A DNA stretch of 64,000 nt. Source: Podarcis vaucheri. Taxonomy: Eukaryota. The notes beneath the pieces were generated by a model. It did no database searches. It worked only from the letters and a program-made list of their open reading frames with translations, and was not told the origin of the DNA. The stretch lies in NCBI GenBank assembly GCA_965113315.1, contig OZ220365.1. The stretch is one strand, 5' to 3'. Below, piece by piece: positions 49,169-63,809 of the stretch (the stretch's first letter is position 1; each line of letters begins with the position of its first letter). Position numbers and translations under genes: made by a program.

Positions 49169-52100
49169 GTAAATCCTAATCCTTTCTCCACGTCACATGA
49201 AATAACTAGTACCTTCTGCTAAATTTTGATATGCCTCAATCCTGAGCATATTTACTTGGAAGTAAATCCCATTTATTTCAGTAAAACTTAGTCCCAAGTA
49301 CTGTAAGGCATGCTTGAAGTCATGTCCATGCAATGATTCTGTCTTGATAATGTGTTTTTGTTTCATATTTGAAACAGAATAGTGAAACTTCAACTCTTTC
49401 TAGTTAGCAGATTTTATCTGGTAGGGTTAGGAGGGTATCTTTGGCTCTCCAGTCAGGTGTTAAGCAAACTAAAAGTAACTCACTGAACTTGGGACAATGC
49501 CCGCTAAGATGCAAAAACCACGTGTCTGTGTCCTACACAATTAACAGTGCAATTCTGGCATTTATTTATTTATTAGAAGTAAGTGACATGGAGTTCTCTG
49601 GTAAGTGGGTCCAGGATGAACCCTAAGACAATTTCGTGTATACTGAATTGAGTCCCATTGAATTCAGTGGTGTTGACTTCTTAGTAACCATGTATAGGAT
49701 TGCACTTGAAACATTTATCCTTTAGTTAAATTACTTACATATTTCAATCTGGCTTTAATCACATTTAAATTTGGGTTTGGGTTTGACTCAATGCATGGAT
49801 TGTGTTTATTTATGGGATAATATCCTTGCTGTTGCACATATTCATAACATGTTAGCAAAATTGGGTTGTGTTTCCAAAGAAAGCAAGAATAATTTGATAG
49901 ATGTCTGCATATGCTAAAATTCACTGAATTGTGGCTTTTATGTCTTTGTCACCGTGAAGTTTCTGATTTAAAAAAAAAACCAAGTAGCCCTTTTATGTCA
50001 ATGACTTGATTTAGATATGTTCTTATATTTTCTTATTCTCTTTCCTTTTTGCTTTTTTGCTCCTCTAGTTGAGCTTCATATGGATTTTATCCTAGTAGGC
50101 TATCAGGGTGATCTAGTGAGCTGTGTTCCATTAGACACAATAGTTGAAATTCAGAAGATCTTTGGGAGACAAGGGGTAGTGTTTCTCACTAGGTGAGTGT
50201 GGTTCCATATCTAAACTCGTGCCATATATTTTAAGCAGAGAGAGATAAGAGCTATAATGACAGTTTTCCACTTCTCTGCATATGGTCCCATAATTCACAT
50301 CTTGTGTCCCGAAAGTCACAAGATGTTGGTTCACAGATGCAAAAACACAAGCTGCATAGCACATACCTCCATTTTTTGAACGCCACTCTATACAATCACT
50401 TTAAATGAATGAACCTCTTCTATATTTGGAGTAAATCTGGAGTTGCTTTCTGCTGCCAGGTGGGGATGAGGGGTAGAATTTTCATACATTAGTTTCTTGT
50501 AGGTTCCCCTTTGTCATTCGTTCAGACTAGGGCTGCCATACATCTGGACATTACTGGGATTTCAAATGCGGAATTGATGTCTGGAGGGGGGGGGGGATTT
50601 CCGAAAGGTGGCGCTTTGTCCTGGATCTTAGGCAAGTCAGTCGGAAAAAACCCTTTGAAATATGGCAACTCTAGTTCAGACCGGATAGTGACTGATCTTC
50701 CATGGGTGTGCTGCCATAGAAAATATTAATTATCAGGGTGAGTTGTGTTTTGCCAAATCCAATGTATGAAATGGCCACCATAAGAATCACTTCAAATGTT
50801 ACTGCTTCTGTGTGAAGGCCACTCAAAAACTTGGGAGTAGATCCCTGGAGAGATCCAGCCTGATCTATGTGGTCAGTAAACTGGGATTATTCATATGGTC
50901 ACCGTGGTGGTAAGTAACTGCACACATGTTACAGTTCCCCCATGGAAACCTTTTTTTTAGTTGCCTTCTCTTAAGAACCACAATGTTTGACTCAGACCTA
51001 CAAGTTTGGTGCATGGAAAATAGGTTCCCCCTGGAGGAAGTTTTCAATTGTTCTTCATGGCTGTTGCTTCTGTGGTAAAATCTCACCCTGCTTGCTCATA
51101 AACAATATGAGTGTGTCACCGTGTGGATTGAAAAGCTTGAGAAATAAGATTGGCTATTTTTCTCCATAGCAATAAGTTTAAAAACAAAACAAAAAACTTC
51201 TTACGGGCATAAGAAAATTGACTCCTCTGTAGGACAAGCGCTGCAGAGAATGATTTTGCAAATCATTCCCACATGGTTGTTAGTTGGTATGCGCCAGCAT
51301 TTGATCTAGTAGGTGCACTGAGAGAAAAATGGACCTTTGGTACCTCATGGTAAACAATATGGCATGAACTGCAGTAATTTACTTGCTGGTGTACAAATCA
51401 GGCCTTGAGTTGAACCAGTGAAGTTGTTTTCCTTTGGCATAGGGACAAGGAAGGACAGCATTGTTTTTACATTGCCTCTTTTCCCTTGTTTCTCAATACA
51501 GGTGCTGCAATCCTGTCCAATTTATCTGTTTCACTCCAGAGATATTGAGCTATTTGCAGATTTTTTAAAAATCTTACAATAAAATCCAAAAATTAAATAG
51601 TCCCACAAATCCTCGAACTGCTTTAATAGTTCATAGGTTTTCCCCAAAGAATCCCAAGAACCGTAGTTTTAGGTCCTCACAGACCTAAAATTCCCAGCAG
51701 CCTTAACAAACTACTGCTCCAAGGATATGGTTCCCCACCTTTTCTTGTCCATGCCCCTCACCTAAGCATCTCTGAAATCCTGATTCCCCCCCACCCCCCC
51801 GGTGACATATAATTCTTATTATTCAAAAAGTGAACTCCTGTTTACGTGGAGGAAACTAAAAGGCCATTAACTTGCTCTAACTCATTCTCAAATTGCCCCC
51901 CTTGAAAATCAAACTGCCCCCCTATGGGGCCTGTGCCCCACATTGGGAACCACGGCTTTAGAGGAATTCATGTGCTTTAAATGTATGGTGTGGTTGTGAC
52001 CTCAGGAAGTGGTTTTCAGGACACCCCGCGGCTATGTATTTTTCATCCTTGGGCTGAGACCAAATTGTCCTCCTCCTCCTTGCTCTGTAGCCGTGTGATA

Positions 52101-52557
52101 AAAGATTATTTCATCAGAATAATGCTCTTGTTGTTTTCTGGAAGGGAAGAGGCAGCAAATTAGCAACGCAAGAAGAGTCCTCCTGGATCAGGCCAAAGGC
52201 CTGTTTAGTCCAGAATTCAGTTTCCCACAGGAAACAACCAGCAGCTGTTGGTTTTCTTGCCAGTGGCTATCACCAGACTGAAAATGCCCATTCCTGGAGC
52301 TCCCTCTCCTCTTGGAAGCAACCCCCTTCCTCCTGACAAGTGACTAAGGCCCAGGTGGTTCTTCTCCTGTCTTGTGCAACCACAGTAAATAATTCTACTT
52401 GCTGTCATTTTAGGATAGGTATTTTGTTTACTCCCCATAGTTGTTCAAGATCATTCATCCGCCGTTTTCCCAGTTAACTTCCAAAAAATACTAGTCTGCC
52501 GAGCAGTCTTATTCCCATGGATGATGAGGTGATAAAAAGCTGGGTTTTCCTTTAGAT

Positions 52558-52681
52558 CAGCTGTTCTCAACCTGTGGGTCCCCAGATTTTGTTGGACTAC
52601 AACTCCCATCATCCCTGAGCTCTGGCCTTGCTAGCTAGGGGTGATGGGAGTTGTAGTTCAACATCTGGCTGAGAAAGGCTG
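52558..52681. mobile_element. Palindromic hAT-like MITE
   Basis: GGACTACAACTCCCATCA...TGATGGGAGTTGTAGT hairpin. Relatives at about 9750-9840, 14520-14615, 19680-19838, 38440-38530, 44645-44775 and 53986-54113. Confidence 0.7.
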
Positions 52682-54129
52682 TTTTATATCATGGGTTGTG
52701 GATGCTTTTCATGCTGTAAATATGAGAATTCAGTGGACACCTTGGCCAACATTCAGTGTCGCAAATCACAGTCTGCAAATTATGGCACTTAAAGGTATTT
52801 AAGGGGAAATTCTATTGATAAGGATATGCAAAGCATGTGGAGTCAGTTGGCAGGTATTCTTTTTTTAAAAAAAAATTCTCCCTGACATGCCAAATGGTAC
52901 AAAAACAAAACAAAAAACCACTTCCTCCTCTTCCTGTTGATACTGTGTTGGTGATGTCACTCGCGCTCCACTAAAACTTTCCAGTGACAATTAATTACAG
53001 AATTGTGATGGAATGCATATTTCCTACCTCAGATAAACATCCTGTTGTGGAATATATGTGTGTAGGATCTGAGTATGTAGAAAGCAGAACACAACTTTTA
53101 AGGAAAACATGCTAGTAAACACATCTGTATGCTTCCTCCCCAAGCACAAAACACACTCTTCAAGCATTAGAGAATAAATATGAAAAAGCTAATATGGTAT
53201 TCATCAGCTTCTTGGAAATGTATTCTAACACTCTATTGATTCTCAGTTTAATGTTGATTCCCAGAAAAGTCCTACATACACAACACAGTGCCGTGAAGTG
53301 AACATGTATGTAGATAAAAAGTAATAGCTTAAAATGTGGCAGAAAAATATCACCTGATCCACCTGACTCTAGAGAAAATTGATCTCTCAGTTGAAAACAT
53401 TTTTACTTTGAAGGATGGCCTGAGGATTTCAGTGGAATTTAGAACTTGAAAACATGTAGTAACTTCATGAGAGGTGATGGTTTTAACATTTGTCCTTTGT
53501 GAGATACGTTATAGCTCCCTGTAATTATTTTGTTTCAACCCTCTACTTCTTGTTATTACATGCTTTACCCCTATAGCTGGTCAAGCCCCTTTATAATAAG
53601 TTTCCTATATTAAAAGTTAGGGTTGTGTTTGGCAAAGTCATAGAGTAAATCAATGGACATGATAAACTTAAGTCCTTTGATTTCAGTGGGTCTGCTCTGA
53701 GTTTGACTTAATCAGATACAATCCAGTATTGTATGTGTGCCTGTTGCTTTTCTCTTGAGTAGGCATTGCACGCTCTGCCAGCTGTCTTTGTTTTGCAGAC
53801 AAGTGCTGCTGAATGCTTTGAAGCAGTTGGCCAAGGTTGAAATTAGGGAACAAAGCAATAAAGTGATTAAACATTAGCAGCTTTTTGTCTTAATTGATTG
53901 TAATAATCATTTTATCACTTGTATGTGACACCTGAGGTCTGCTATAATCCTGATTCTGAGGCAATCCCTCTTGTATTCTCTACATCAGCCTTTCTCAAGC
54001 TTGGGTCCCCAAATGTTGTTGGACTGCAACTCCCATCATTCCTAGCTAGCAGAACCAGTGACGATTGGAGTTGCAGTCCAACAATATTTGGCAACCCAAA
54101 GTTGGGAAAAGCTATTACGTACTAAAAAG

Positions 54130-54375
54130 GCCACATCTATGTCCAGTTCTGGGTGCTGTAATTTTAAGGAAGACATTGACAGATTGCAGCATCTCTAGAG
54201 GGTGGTGACAAAGATGTTGAGGGATAAGAATTGCAATTTATTTGAGGAACAATTGAAAGAATTGAGTATATTCAACCTAGAGAAGACTACAGCGAGTCGT
54301 GATGGCTGTCTTCAAATACCTGAAGGGCTATCATGCAGAAGATAGAACAGTTTTGTTCTCTGTTGCACCAGAGTA
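54130..54375 (+). mobile_element. Degenerate CR1 ORF2 fragment
   Basis: GTCCAGTTCTGGG..GAGGAACAATTGAAAGAATTGAGTATATTCAACCTAGAGAAGA..GTCTTCAAATACCTGAAGGG, homologous to the CR1 at 5229-5850. Confidence 0.75.
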
Positions 54376-55036
54376 CTGTACCAGCAGGCTGGGGAATAGA
54401 ATCCTTTAATGCCATACTTGAAATGTAACTCTTTTTTTGTTAACTTGGCACAATAGGACATTTTATTAATTAACTGTTATGCAGTTATGGATGTGTTCAT
54501 GAATTCATTACAACTGCTTCTTTTAAGTCAAGGCATCTGGTATTAACTGAAGCCATCGGCCTTTCCCTTTCCTTCTCTCTCCTCTCCATTTTGCGCTTGG
54601 GGAACCAGTTCAAGAATTAGCCAATATATCTGCAGTTCTGAAAATGGGTTGCATTCAACGTAGCACTAAATAGTGCTTTGCACAAATAGAACAGCTTCTT
54701 CTTATCCCTCCCCCCCCCCATGCCTCACCTCTAAAACTGTTCTGGATTCCCCCCCCCCAACCTTCCAGAGCAGATTTGAGAGAGGATAGCCCAGGCTGGG
54801 GGTGGAAGGTGGAGTACAGATGGAGTCCCATTGCACACTCATAAGTTATTGCACACTCTTGCATTTATTTAGTTGCTTACTGCCCACTGGTTTAAAATAC
54901 TTTTAGCTTATATAGTGCCACCTTTTTTGGTTTTATTTCATTGTGAGTATGTCTATAAACATAAATGTGGGTGTGTTCAAAGGTGGGTTGCTTGGTTTAA
55001 CAGCATTTTGTAGTGTGACTATGCGTACATCTAGCT

Positions 55037-55363
55037 CAGGAGTCGGCAGCCTAAGGCCCATGGGCCACAAGCGGCCCATGGGGGTCATTTAACCGGCCCA
55101 TGGACCCCCGCCACCTGCTTGGTTGGCTCCCGTGTGCCATGCTAAACTGGTGCGGAGCAGAGCAGGGACCGCCTTCCACAACGCTGGCCGGCTTCCCATT
55201 GGCTGCAGGAAGCTCCTGCAGCCAATGGGAAGCTGCGTACGCCTCCTCTGTGCCAAAGGAGTGCTGGAAATAGTTTTTGCACATGTGTGCGCACACTCCG
55301 GCCCACCGCGATGTCTGCGGGACCGTGAACTGGCCCAAGCCACAAAAACTTTGCTGACCCCTG
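55037..55363. mobile_element. hAT MITE
   Basis: CAGGAGTCGGCA...TGCTGACCCCTG; 8-bp TSD ATCTAGCT. Confidence 0.88.
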
Positions 55364-55554
55364 ATCTAGCTGAAATTATTTGCTTTGTATTCCATTGGGG
55401 GAGGGGAAAATATCATACTTAAATAACTTTTTCTTGGGATGTTTGATTAGCTGTGCTTTTAGAAGAATATAACCTAGGTGTAGTTCATGAAGCATAACTT
55501 GAAAGTGTGCTCCCATTTACGTTCCATCTGCACTCTGCATTTAAAGTAGTATTA

Positions 55555-55792
55555 CAGTCATACCTCTAGTTGCATTAGGTTCACGTTGCATTTTTTTCTT
55601 ATTACAAACGCGGCAAACCCAGAAGTGTTTACTTCCAGGTTCGCCACTATGCACAAGAGCGATCTGTGCACTTTGTGCATGCACAGGAGCGATCTTTCGC
55701 GTCACATGCAGAAGCGGCGCTCCACTTACAGACTTTTTGGGGTGCGAACGGCACCCCAGAACGGATCGCATCCGTAAGTAGAAGTACCACTG
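55555..55792. mobile_element. Tigger-like MITE, type A
   Basis: TA|CAGTCATACCTC...GAAGTACCACTG|TA. Confidence 0.8.
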
Positions 55793-56619
55793 TACATTAT
55801 CCCGAGAGTCACAGCTTGTTGAGGGTGCTGAGAGTTCCTAGGAAACCCCCATTCCCCCTCACAGAACCACATTTCCCATAGTTCCCTGGGAGGAGGGATT
55901 GGCTGTTAAGCCCCTCTGAGAATTGCAGTTCTGTGAGGGGACTCGGGGTCTCCTAGCCACTCTCAGCACCCTTAACAAACTACACATCCCAAGATTCCTT
56001 GAGGCAAGCCATGACTGTTAAAGTGCAAGTGCAGCATTAGACAAAGCAAAGCTGAGGAGTTTAGCAAGTTGACTTATGCTAGACTTATTTGTCCATCTGG
56101 CCCAATATCAACTATTTTGACTGGTAAAAGCCCTCCATGATTTCACCCTGGTAATGGATCCTTTTAACGGAACCTGCCAGGGATTGAACCTGGGGTTTTC
56201 TGTATGTAAATTATCCATAGTCCTTCACCTTAGCAAATGGCGACACAGCCTGTCTGCTTATCCCTCAGCTTCCTGTCAGTGTCCCAGCTCTTCTATTACT
56301 TTCCCGATTTCTCTGCTTTCTCTCTCTGGAACACCCTGTCTTCTTCAGGAGAGACTGAATATCACCAATGAATTTTAGCTCTTTAATATCCTTGCTACAG
56401 TTTCACCTGTTGGTTCCAGTTTAAGCTGTTGTGTTCATATGGGCACAAATGTGAGTTTTGCATTAAGTGTAATAACAGGGGTCTTTTTAGAGGGACCCTA
56501 TTTCTATCTATTTTAAGAAATTGGCATTTCTAATTTCATGTTTTTTAGAGTATTGAAAATCTGTGTACTTTGTTTCATAAACTATTGTCATCAGTATATT
56601 TTCTTTCTTTCTTTGCTAG

Positions 56620-56709
56620 CATGGAGGAGTCTATGTGAAACGAAGTGCCAAATTTAATGAAAGGAAAATGAGGAACAAGTTGCAAGCCCAGATAAAGGCT
56701 GGAACTCCA
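56620..56709 (+). CDS. AGPAT5: AGPAT5 coding exon 4
   Basis: Acceptor ttctttctttctttgctAG and donor CCA|GTAAGA; 90 bp. Encodes HGGVYVKRSAKFNERKMRNKLQAQIKAGTP. Confidence 0.95.
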
Positions 56710-57873
56710 GTAAGATTATATATTTCCCGTGTGTGGGTGTGTGGGTGTGTGGGTGTGTTTTCTAACTGCCATGAGAATGAAAGTGACAAGAATGCTTGTC
56801 TCATATGTTGCCCCAGATGCATGGCTCACCTTTCTTCCCCCTGCTGAAGAGATGAGTGGCTGGATTGGGTTGTTCATTTGTTTGTCTGTTGGTTGGTTGG
56901 TTTATACACCATGTGCATGCCAAAATGGCTTCCAGCATGGAGGAGTCTTATGTTTGCCTTACACACTTTCGTTTTCTGTGAACGGATGTCTTCCACATGG
57001 TTAGTAGATAGCACTGTACCCTCCCAGAAAACTCTTGGTGTCAGAATATAAAACCTATTTCTGCAGTATCAACTTTCTCTGAATTAGGACTGGTGGTTGT
57101 TGCTGTTTTTGCAAATTAAATAATGACGCTTCTATTGCTCAGCTAATATGAAGTTTCATAGAGGCTAAAAAAGGAGGTGATTGCTGTCATAACTCCCAAT
57201 AGAGTGTCATGTGGATTCTCAGTCTTACAGCTTATCTGGAACCTTGTAACCGAGTGTTCATCATACCCACCAAAGCATCAGTTTTTGCATGTTGGGATCA
57301 GGAAAAAATCAGCAGCATTCCTTCCTTCCTTCCTTGTCAGCTGACTGTCATACAAAGGATAGCATGTTCTCTTTGCTTGCCAATACCTATAGCTGTCACA
57401 CACCAAACAAGGTTTGCGAGCCAGGGCTGTTAGGTTAATTTGTTCTAGTTGAGAAGGCAGCTTGTATTTCTTGGCCTTTGTATTATTTAAAGTTGCAGTA
57501 CATTCAGTTGCAACTGGTTAGGGATCTCTGGACAGGATATAAAGAGAGAGAGATTTGCTCACTAAACTGTGTTGGTTTACTTTCTCTGACTTGAACCATT
57601 TAGTATGTTCTTACACACAATTTTTGATGCTTCTGCTGCTTAATTTTTCGTTGAAAATTCGGATTCCTTGAATATCAAGATTGCTCATCTTAACTGAAAA
57701 CGACTGTTATTGCATATCTTTATAAACATGTCCTCTGTGTTTTATCCAATCCTTTTCTCCCCTCCCCATTGCGCGCACACATACTTTGCTGTCATACTGT
57801 AGCTTAGAGATCATGTTGTGATGCTTCCTTTAAAAAAAATAATTGTGCATATAATTTTTTTTTAATTCCACAG

Positions 57874-57964
57874 ATGTATCTTGTGATTTTTCCAGAGGGA
57901 ACACGGTACAACCCAGAACTACCAAAAACCATTGCAGATAGTCAATCGTATGCTGATAAGGCAG
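57874..57964 (+). CDS. AGPAT5: AGPAT5 coding exon 5
   Basis: Acceptor ttttaattccacAG and donor GCAG|GTAAGG; 91 bp. Encodes MYLVIFPEGTRYNPELPKTIADSQSYADKA(G), with the acyltransferase FPEGTR motif. Confidence 0.97.
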
Positions 57965-58445
57965 GTAAGGTGAACTTCAAGGAATTTTGGGAAGCGGGGA
58001 ACTTCGAACAGATAACATTCACTGTTGCGTAGACACAGCCCTCTGTTTAAGGATCACCAAGGAGAAAGGGACATTAGTTGAAAAAGAGTGAGGCTTGACC
58101 ATAGGTGGGTGCTGAATATACACATAAAAGTGTGTGGTCTTAGTGTTTGTTCCTTTTCATTGGTATTGCAGGTAGCGCTAATGTTTAAAGTATAGTCAAA
58201 CAAGGAAACTTTTCACGAGTATGTCCTTTGAGAGATTCATTGCAAGCAAACTGTGCTTGCTTGCAATAAATATTGTGCCCACGCGATTCCTCTGGCATGA
58301 GCTTTGCAGAGTACGCAATGTCATTGGAAGCCGATTGAAGTCTGAACGCTGTCTGTCCTTTTGGACAATGAAGGAAAGAACACCTTGAAAGCTACAACTG
58401 GAGTTTATTGTAGTCAACAGTAATAAACACATAGATTACTATATA

Positions 58446-58668
58446 CAGTGGTACCTCTGGTTACATACTTAATTCGTTCTAGAGGTCCGTTCTTAACCTG
58501 AAACTGTTCTTAACCTGAAGCACCACTTTAGCTAATGGGGTCTCCTGCTGCCGCTGCGCCAGAGCACGATTTCTGTTCTCATCCTGAAGCAAAGTTCTTA
58601 ACCTGAGGTACTATTTCTGGGTTAGCGGAGTATGTAACCTGAAGCGTATGTAACCTGACGTACCACTG
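58446..58668 (+). mobile_element. Tigger-like MITE, type B
   Basis: TA-flanked CAGTGGTAC TIRs. Confidence 0.9.
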
Positions 58669-60307
58669 TACAGATACAGAGTATTAACAGCATGTACACT
58701 CTCTCAGCAAACTGCCATTAACCAATCCCTCACACTATAACCACCACAGACAGAGAGACTCTCTCAGAACGCAGGCATATACATATAGCTGCTCTGTTAC
58801 AGTATAACACTGATTGGCGCTCTGCCAAGAATATCTCACATGTCCGTGTGCACACATATATATTTGAGTCAGTATTTTAAAAATGGCAACTAATCCAAAG
58901 GACAAGATTCGCCTAACAGGACCTTCTAGCAGAAGCCCTGTGCAAGGACTTCCCCTTGTGGAAGAGGTCTTCCCCCGCTGCACCCCCTGAAATTTGCTCA
59001 TGAGGAGACTTGTTCCACCTCGCAAGCTGAAATTCTTACACAGACGAAACATTTATCATAGCGCAACATTGAATTACACCCAAATAACTTTTAAACATTT
59101 AAAAATGCAATTTGCCAGGCATTTTGGGGTGACTATGCTCCTTTTTAGAAGCTTTAATGCAGTGAATGTTTCCACGCTTCTGAATATTGTTAACAGTTTT
59201 CAATGCTTTCGTTGAGATTCCTGTATTGCAAATGGTTATAATCCCTTCCAGTTCTGCGATTCTGTGATATATTAATATTATTATTTGCTGCGCTTAATTA
59301 GTCACTTATTTAATGAAAAGTAAACTCAGATGAATATAAACTGGACCAGGCTTTCCTGTAACAAATTCATGCACTTTGGTAGTTCAGAAAACAAGATTCA
59401 ACTTTCCAGGCAACAAACCTGCTACTTGACGTCTTTGTACTCTGAGTACATAAAGGTTTAGCTGCAAGTTCTGATAACCATGTATCGGTTTCAAGAATCA
59501 CCATCTAGTTGGCAAGGCAAGAGGCCAGGCTCTCTTATCTTTTTAATTTTTCTGCAGTTGTAACATTCAGCCTAACAGTACAAGCTTTGTACTACAGAGC
59601 TTCATTGCTCTTCACTTAGAATATATTTTCAAGGGGAAAGAAATTGGAGCAACAGTGGCTGGTTATCGGACTTCCTTTCCTAGTCTAAACACAATAAAGC
59701 ATTCAGAAACTTTTAATTGCTACAGAATTACTGCTGCTAGCGTTTTGGCTGGGTTTAGGCTTTGAGAACATACTAAACCATTTTTTTGTCCTGCATTGAA
59801 TGCTAATTGGCTTCTGGGCTCAAATCAAGGTGCTCATTTGACTTTTTAAAGCCAACTCCATTGCGACCTGGATACCTTGGGTGTCTCATTTTTCTGCTTT
59901 GTTTCGTCTTGAACACACTGTTTAGGATCTGAGTTCTTGCTGCAGGTTCCACTAGCCTTATTTTAATGATATGTGCTACCTTAATGACTGGCACTTGTTT
60001 AAATTTGTTCTCTTCTTACGTTTTACTATTACGTGTTCTTATGTGAGCCACCTTGAATCCACCTTGTGGGAAAGAACCATTTTTAATACATAGGCAAATC
60101 TGGTGGTTCACAAGGCTACATCACAGACAAAATAACATTAGGAATAAATATGAATATCAAGGTAAAACTTATTCAAACAGAAGCAAATAAACAACAGAAT
60201 GTTTTGAGAGCCTCCATTTAGAACACCAAAAATTAAATGCTTAGTTCTCAACAACATGTTTGGTAATCTTGCCAGTTATTACAAAGGCACAGAGCTCTGT
60301 TAAAATT

Positions 60308-60588
60308 CACAGACAGCTTTCTGGGTCATGTGGTCAGCATGACTAAACCGCTTCTGGCGCAATGGGACACGGTGACAGAAACCAGAGCGCACGGAAATGC
60401 CGTTTACCTTCCTGCAACAGCAGTACCTATTTATCTACTTGCACTGGTGTGCTTTCAAACTGCTAGGTTGGTAGGAGCTGGGACAGAGCAACGGGAGCTC
60501 ACCCCGTCGCGGGGATTTGAACCGCCGACCTTCCGATCGGCAAGCCCAAGAAGCTTGGTGGTTTAGGCCACAGCACCACTCGCGTCCC
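60308..60588 (-). mobile_element. Sauria SINE, 3'-truncated
   Basis: Head GGGACGCGAGTGGTGCTGTGG on the minus strand; lacks the ACCTTT tail. Confidence 0.85.
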
Positions 60589-63196
60589 TTACAAGTATTA
60601 TTTAGCAACATGGCAAGACTCAGTATTTAGGCTTGGGGGTGTGTGTGATATCTACTTGTTTCCACCCACCAAGCACCCTTCAGAGCAGACATGGGGGGTT
60701 GCAGGGGCAGGAGAGGAAAGGGAATTCCTGTCAAACATTTGGACATGGGTTCCTAAAATAATAAGCAGATGTTCATGGTAGTCAGTGCTTACTGCCAAAT
60801 CAGGCTTGTAATTTGACTAGCACTTTGTGACGCATATCCAGAACAGCAGTCCCATTCTTGCATCATACATCTGGAAGGCCACAAGGGATTCAGATATGTA
60901 TGTGCTAAAGTTGCAAACCTATTCTTTGCAAGTGAGGTACATGTTTTTCCTTGGTTATGCTGACCATTCACCTTCCTAGCCATTTTCACGTGTGGTTTTT
61001 TTGTGTTATTTTGTGGATGTTTTATCGAAAGCTTGGGGCAATACTAGCCGAACTGAATGCTTGGTAATAAAAACAATTGCTGTCATAACACTGCGTCCGG
61101 CACACATGGGCTGGAACAACATCTCAGCAACACAAACACCGTGGCACTTTTGATAGAAAATTCACATGCTAAAAAGCTGTGTTAGGTTTCAAAATATTTG
61201 CATAGTCTTGTATTGAATAAGCAAACATTTCTGGAATGGCTGCGATGGACCTGACATCAGTGTTGTCCTTGGTTGTAACAAGTGTTGAAGGAATACAGTT
61301 TGGTGGAAGCAGTAAAAAGAGAAATATTGTTTGCAGGAAAGTTGGTTAAGAGATGCAGCACATTCCTGTTGGTGTAGAAAATGAACTGTCTTTTAACTAC
61401 TCTGTAAATGGAGGATTTGAAGCAACCCTCTTTTATTCCAGTTGCTTTGTATGTAGTAGAATCATTGGAGCACTGAGCTGTAACCTAATATATCATGCTC
61501 ACAGTCATGTTGTCAGATTATTATTTTTTACACAAAATAAGGGCAAGACTGAGACCTCCCTATTATTTTAATATTGATTTTGGATGGTGGCATTTTGTTA
61601 ACAGCAGGATACTGGAATTCCAGTTAATGTTTCCAAAAATAAAATCAGGCTGTCTCTTCTTTAACTAAAGAACTTTTGTCTTGCTTTAGTTCACATTTTA
61701 AATTATTTCGTTTTCCTCTTGTTGAACAGGTTTTATTCCTCTCAGTTGCATTATGTTGTTTTATGTTTCAATATTGTGCTATAGTTCTAAACATGTTATG
61801 TATTCTCCCATGAACTCCATTTTCTGATGAAGATGGCACCTCATAATTTTTTAAAGGAACGTGATTGTGAGATTCATTGTAAGATCCTTTTGTACAAAAA
61901 GTTGAAACTTACCAAAAGTAAATCTCTTTATTATAAATGCATAATAGGAATTTAGAGCTTTACGTATTTCTGCTGCATATTAACATGGTTTAAATAATCT
62001 GAGAGTAACATATGAACCATAGTTTTGCTTGGAAGCAAAACTTAACCAAATAGGGCAAAATATTTGAGGTCATGTAACTTAATTTAGGATGAAATGAGCA
62101 ATTGATATATCAGTAAAGCCCACCCAACTATCAGGACTCATCTGGGTTTCTCCTTGAGCTACTCAATTGAACCTGGTTACGGAAAACTGATGGAAGCAGT
62201 TGAATAGCCAATGTCCACAGCAGCTCTCTTTGGACGTGAAAGTAGTTATGGGTAAGGATTAGGGCAAACCTTGACATTAGGAAGCCCTAACTTGCAGGCT
62301 ACAATTTCTCTAGTGTTCCCCATAGGCTGAAAGTTTATAAAAGGCAGACTTCAAATACTGGCCTCTTTAAGACTTGAGCAATACATGAACATATTGTGCA
62401 AGCTAGGAATACTGTTATTTTCCCATGGCTTTCTAGTGGGGGGAAATATTAAGGTCATCGTTTTTATCTATGCAGTACGGTGTACCACGGATATGTGTGA
62501 TTGACAGTCTTTGATATTCTTTCACCTAGAATTCAGTTTGCTTAAGATGCTTGCTCTTGAAATTTGATCTAAGCAGTGGCTTTCATTTTGTTTTTCTATG
62601 CGGGTTCTTTTGATGCTAGCGATCCTTGATGAGATCAGTGGTGGCAGACGGGCTTCAATGTAACAATGACTTGTTTGCCACAACCAATGTTTCCACCTTT
62701 GGTATGCAGAACAGTGTTGGATACATTTGTGTGTGGAATAAGTAAGACGCTGTGCGTCTTAGGATGCTGTTGCTGAGACCCATGAACTCTGTGTCTAACC
62801 TAGAACATGTCCCAGAATCCTCTGCAGTGCCCAGCAATTCTGTGGCAAATTGTATTAGGGTTCCCGGGCAAACAGTTCCTTGAAGTAGAAAGTTTTCAAT
62901 ACACCGGCCTTGTTCACGCATAACTTGAATCCAAGCCATGATTTAGTGTGAACGAGCAACTTCCAAGAAAGAGATTGTGGTTACTTTGCCCCCCTTTTGG
63001 CCTGTCCCTGTTTGCTGCTCCTTTTGTCTTAAAATATTGTCTGGATCTGAACTTGTGGTTGAGCTCTCTGAAACCAAATATGAGTTCTAAACTGTAGGGC
63101 AAATCTTGGTTACAGCTTGTGGTTTGTCTTGGGAGGGCTAAACCATGAGCCCAGCTTCAGACGATGCAGTAAGCCAAACCGTGTCATGTCCTAGAG

Positions 63197-63575
63197 CAGG
63201 GATGGCCAACAGTTCGATCGCGATCTACTGGTAGATCCCCGGGAGGTTTTGGTACATCGTGGTCGATCGCTGGTTCCCTTTCCTCAGTGGTGGTAAAATA
63301 GAATTGGGCCCCACCCCATCCTCCATTGTTGCACGATCTCCAGAACGGAAGACAGAGCTTTTGCAATGATGCTGATTGTTTCCTTAGTGATCTTTTGGTG
63401 AGCAACTTTCCTCCTAAGAAAGCTCAGCAACCTTTCCCTGAATCCCTAAAAAAACAGAACTTTATTCCCTAAAAAAAGCTCAACAACACTTTGACCTGAA
63501 CCCCTCCCCAAAAGGGGTAGATCACTGCCAGTTTTTTATTTTGTGAGTAGATCGCTGTCTCTTAGGCCATCCCTG
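63197..63575. mobile_element. hAT non-autonomous element
   Basis: TIR CAGGGATGGCC / GGCCATCCCTG; 8-bp TSD TCCTAGAG; GATCTAC/GTAGATC subterminal motifs. Confidence 0.9.
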
Positions 63576-63809
63576 TCCTAGAGCACAATGACTGGAAGAA
63601 GAGCAAAGCTGCTGCAAAATTGGCTTTGGGTGCCCACATGATTTGGCTTAATGTTACGTGCGGACTGGACCCCTAATTTAATGTGACCTGCAGACTAGAG
63701 ACAAACAGGAGTCAATATGTCACACTATCATCATACTCTGGAGGCTTCAGTTCTCTAGGAGAAAAAGCCACTTTTAATACATTTTAAGTATACTTTTTCT
63801 CTTGCTTAG

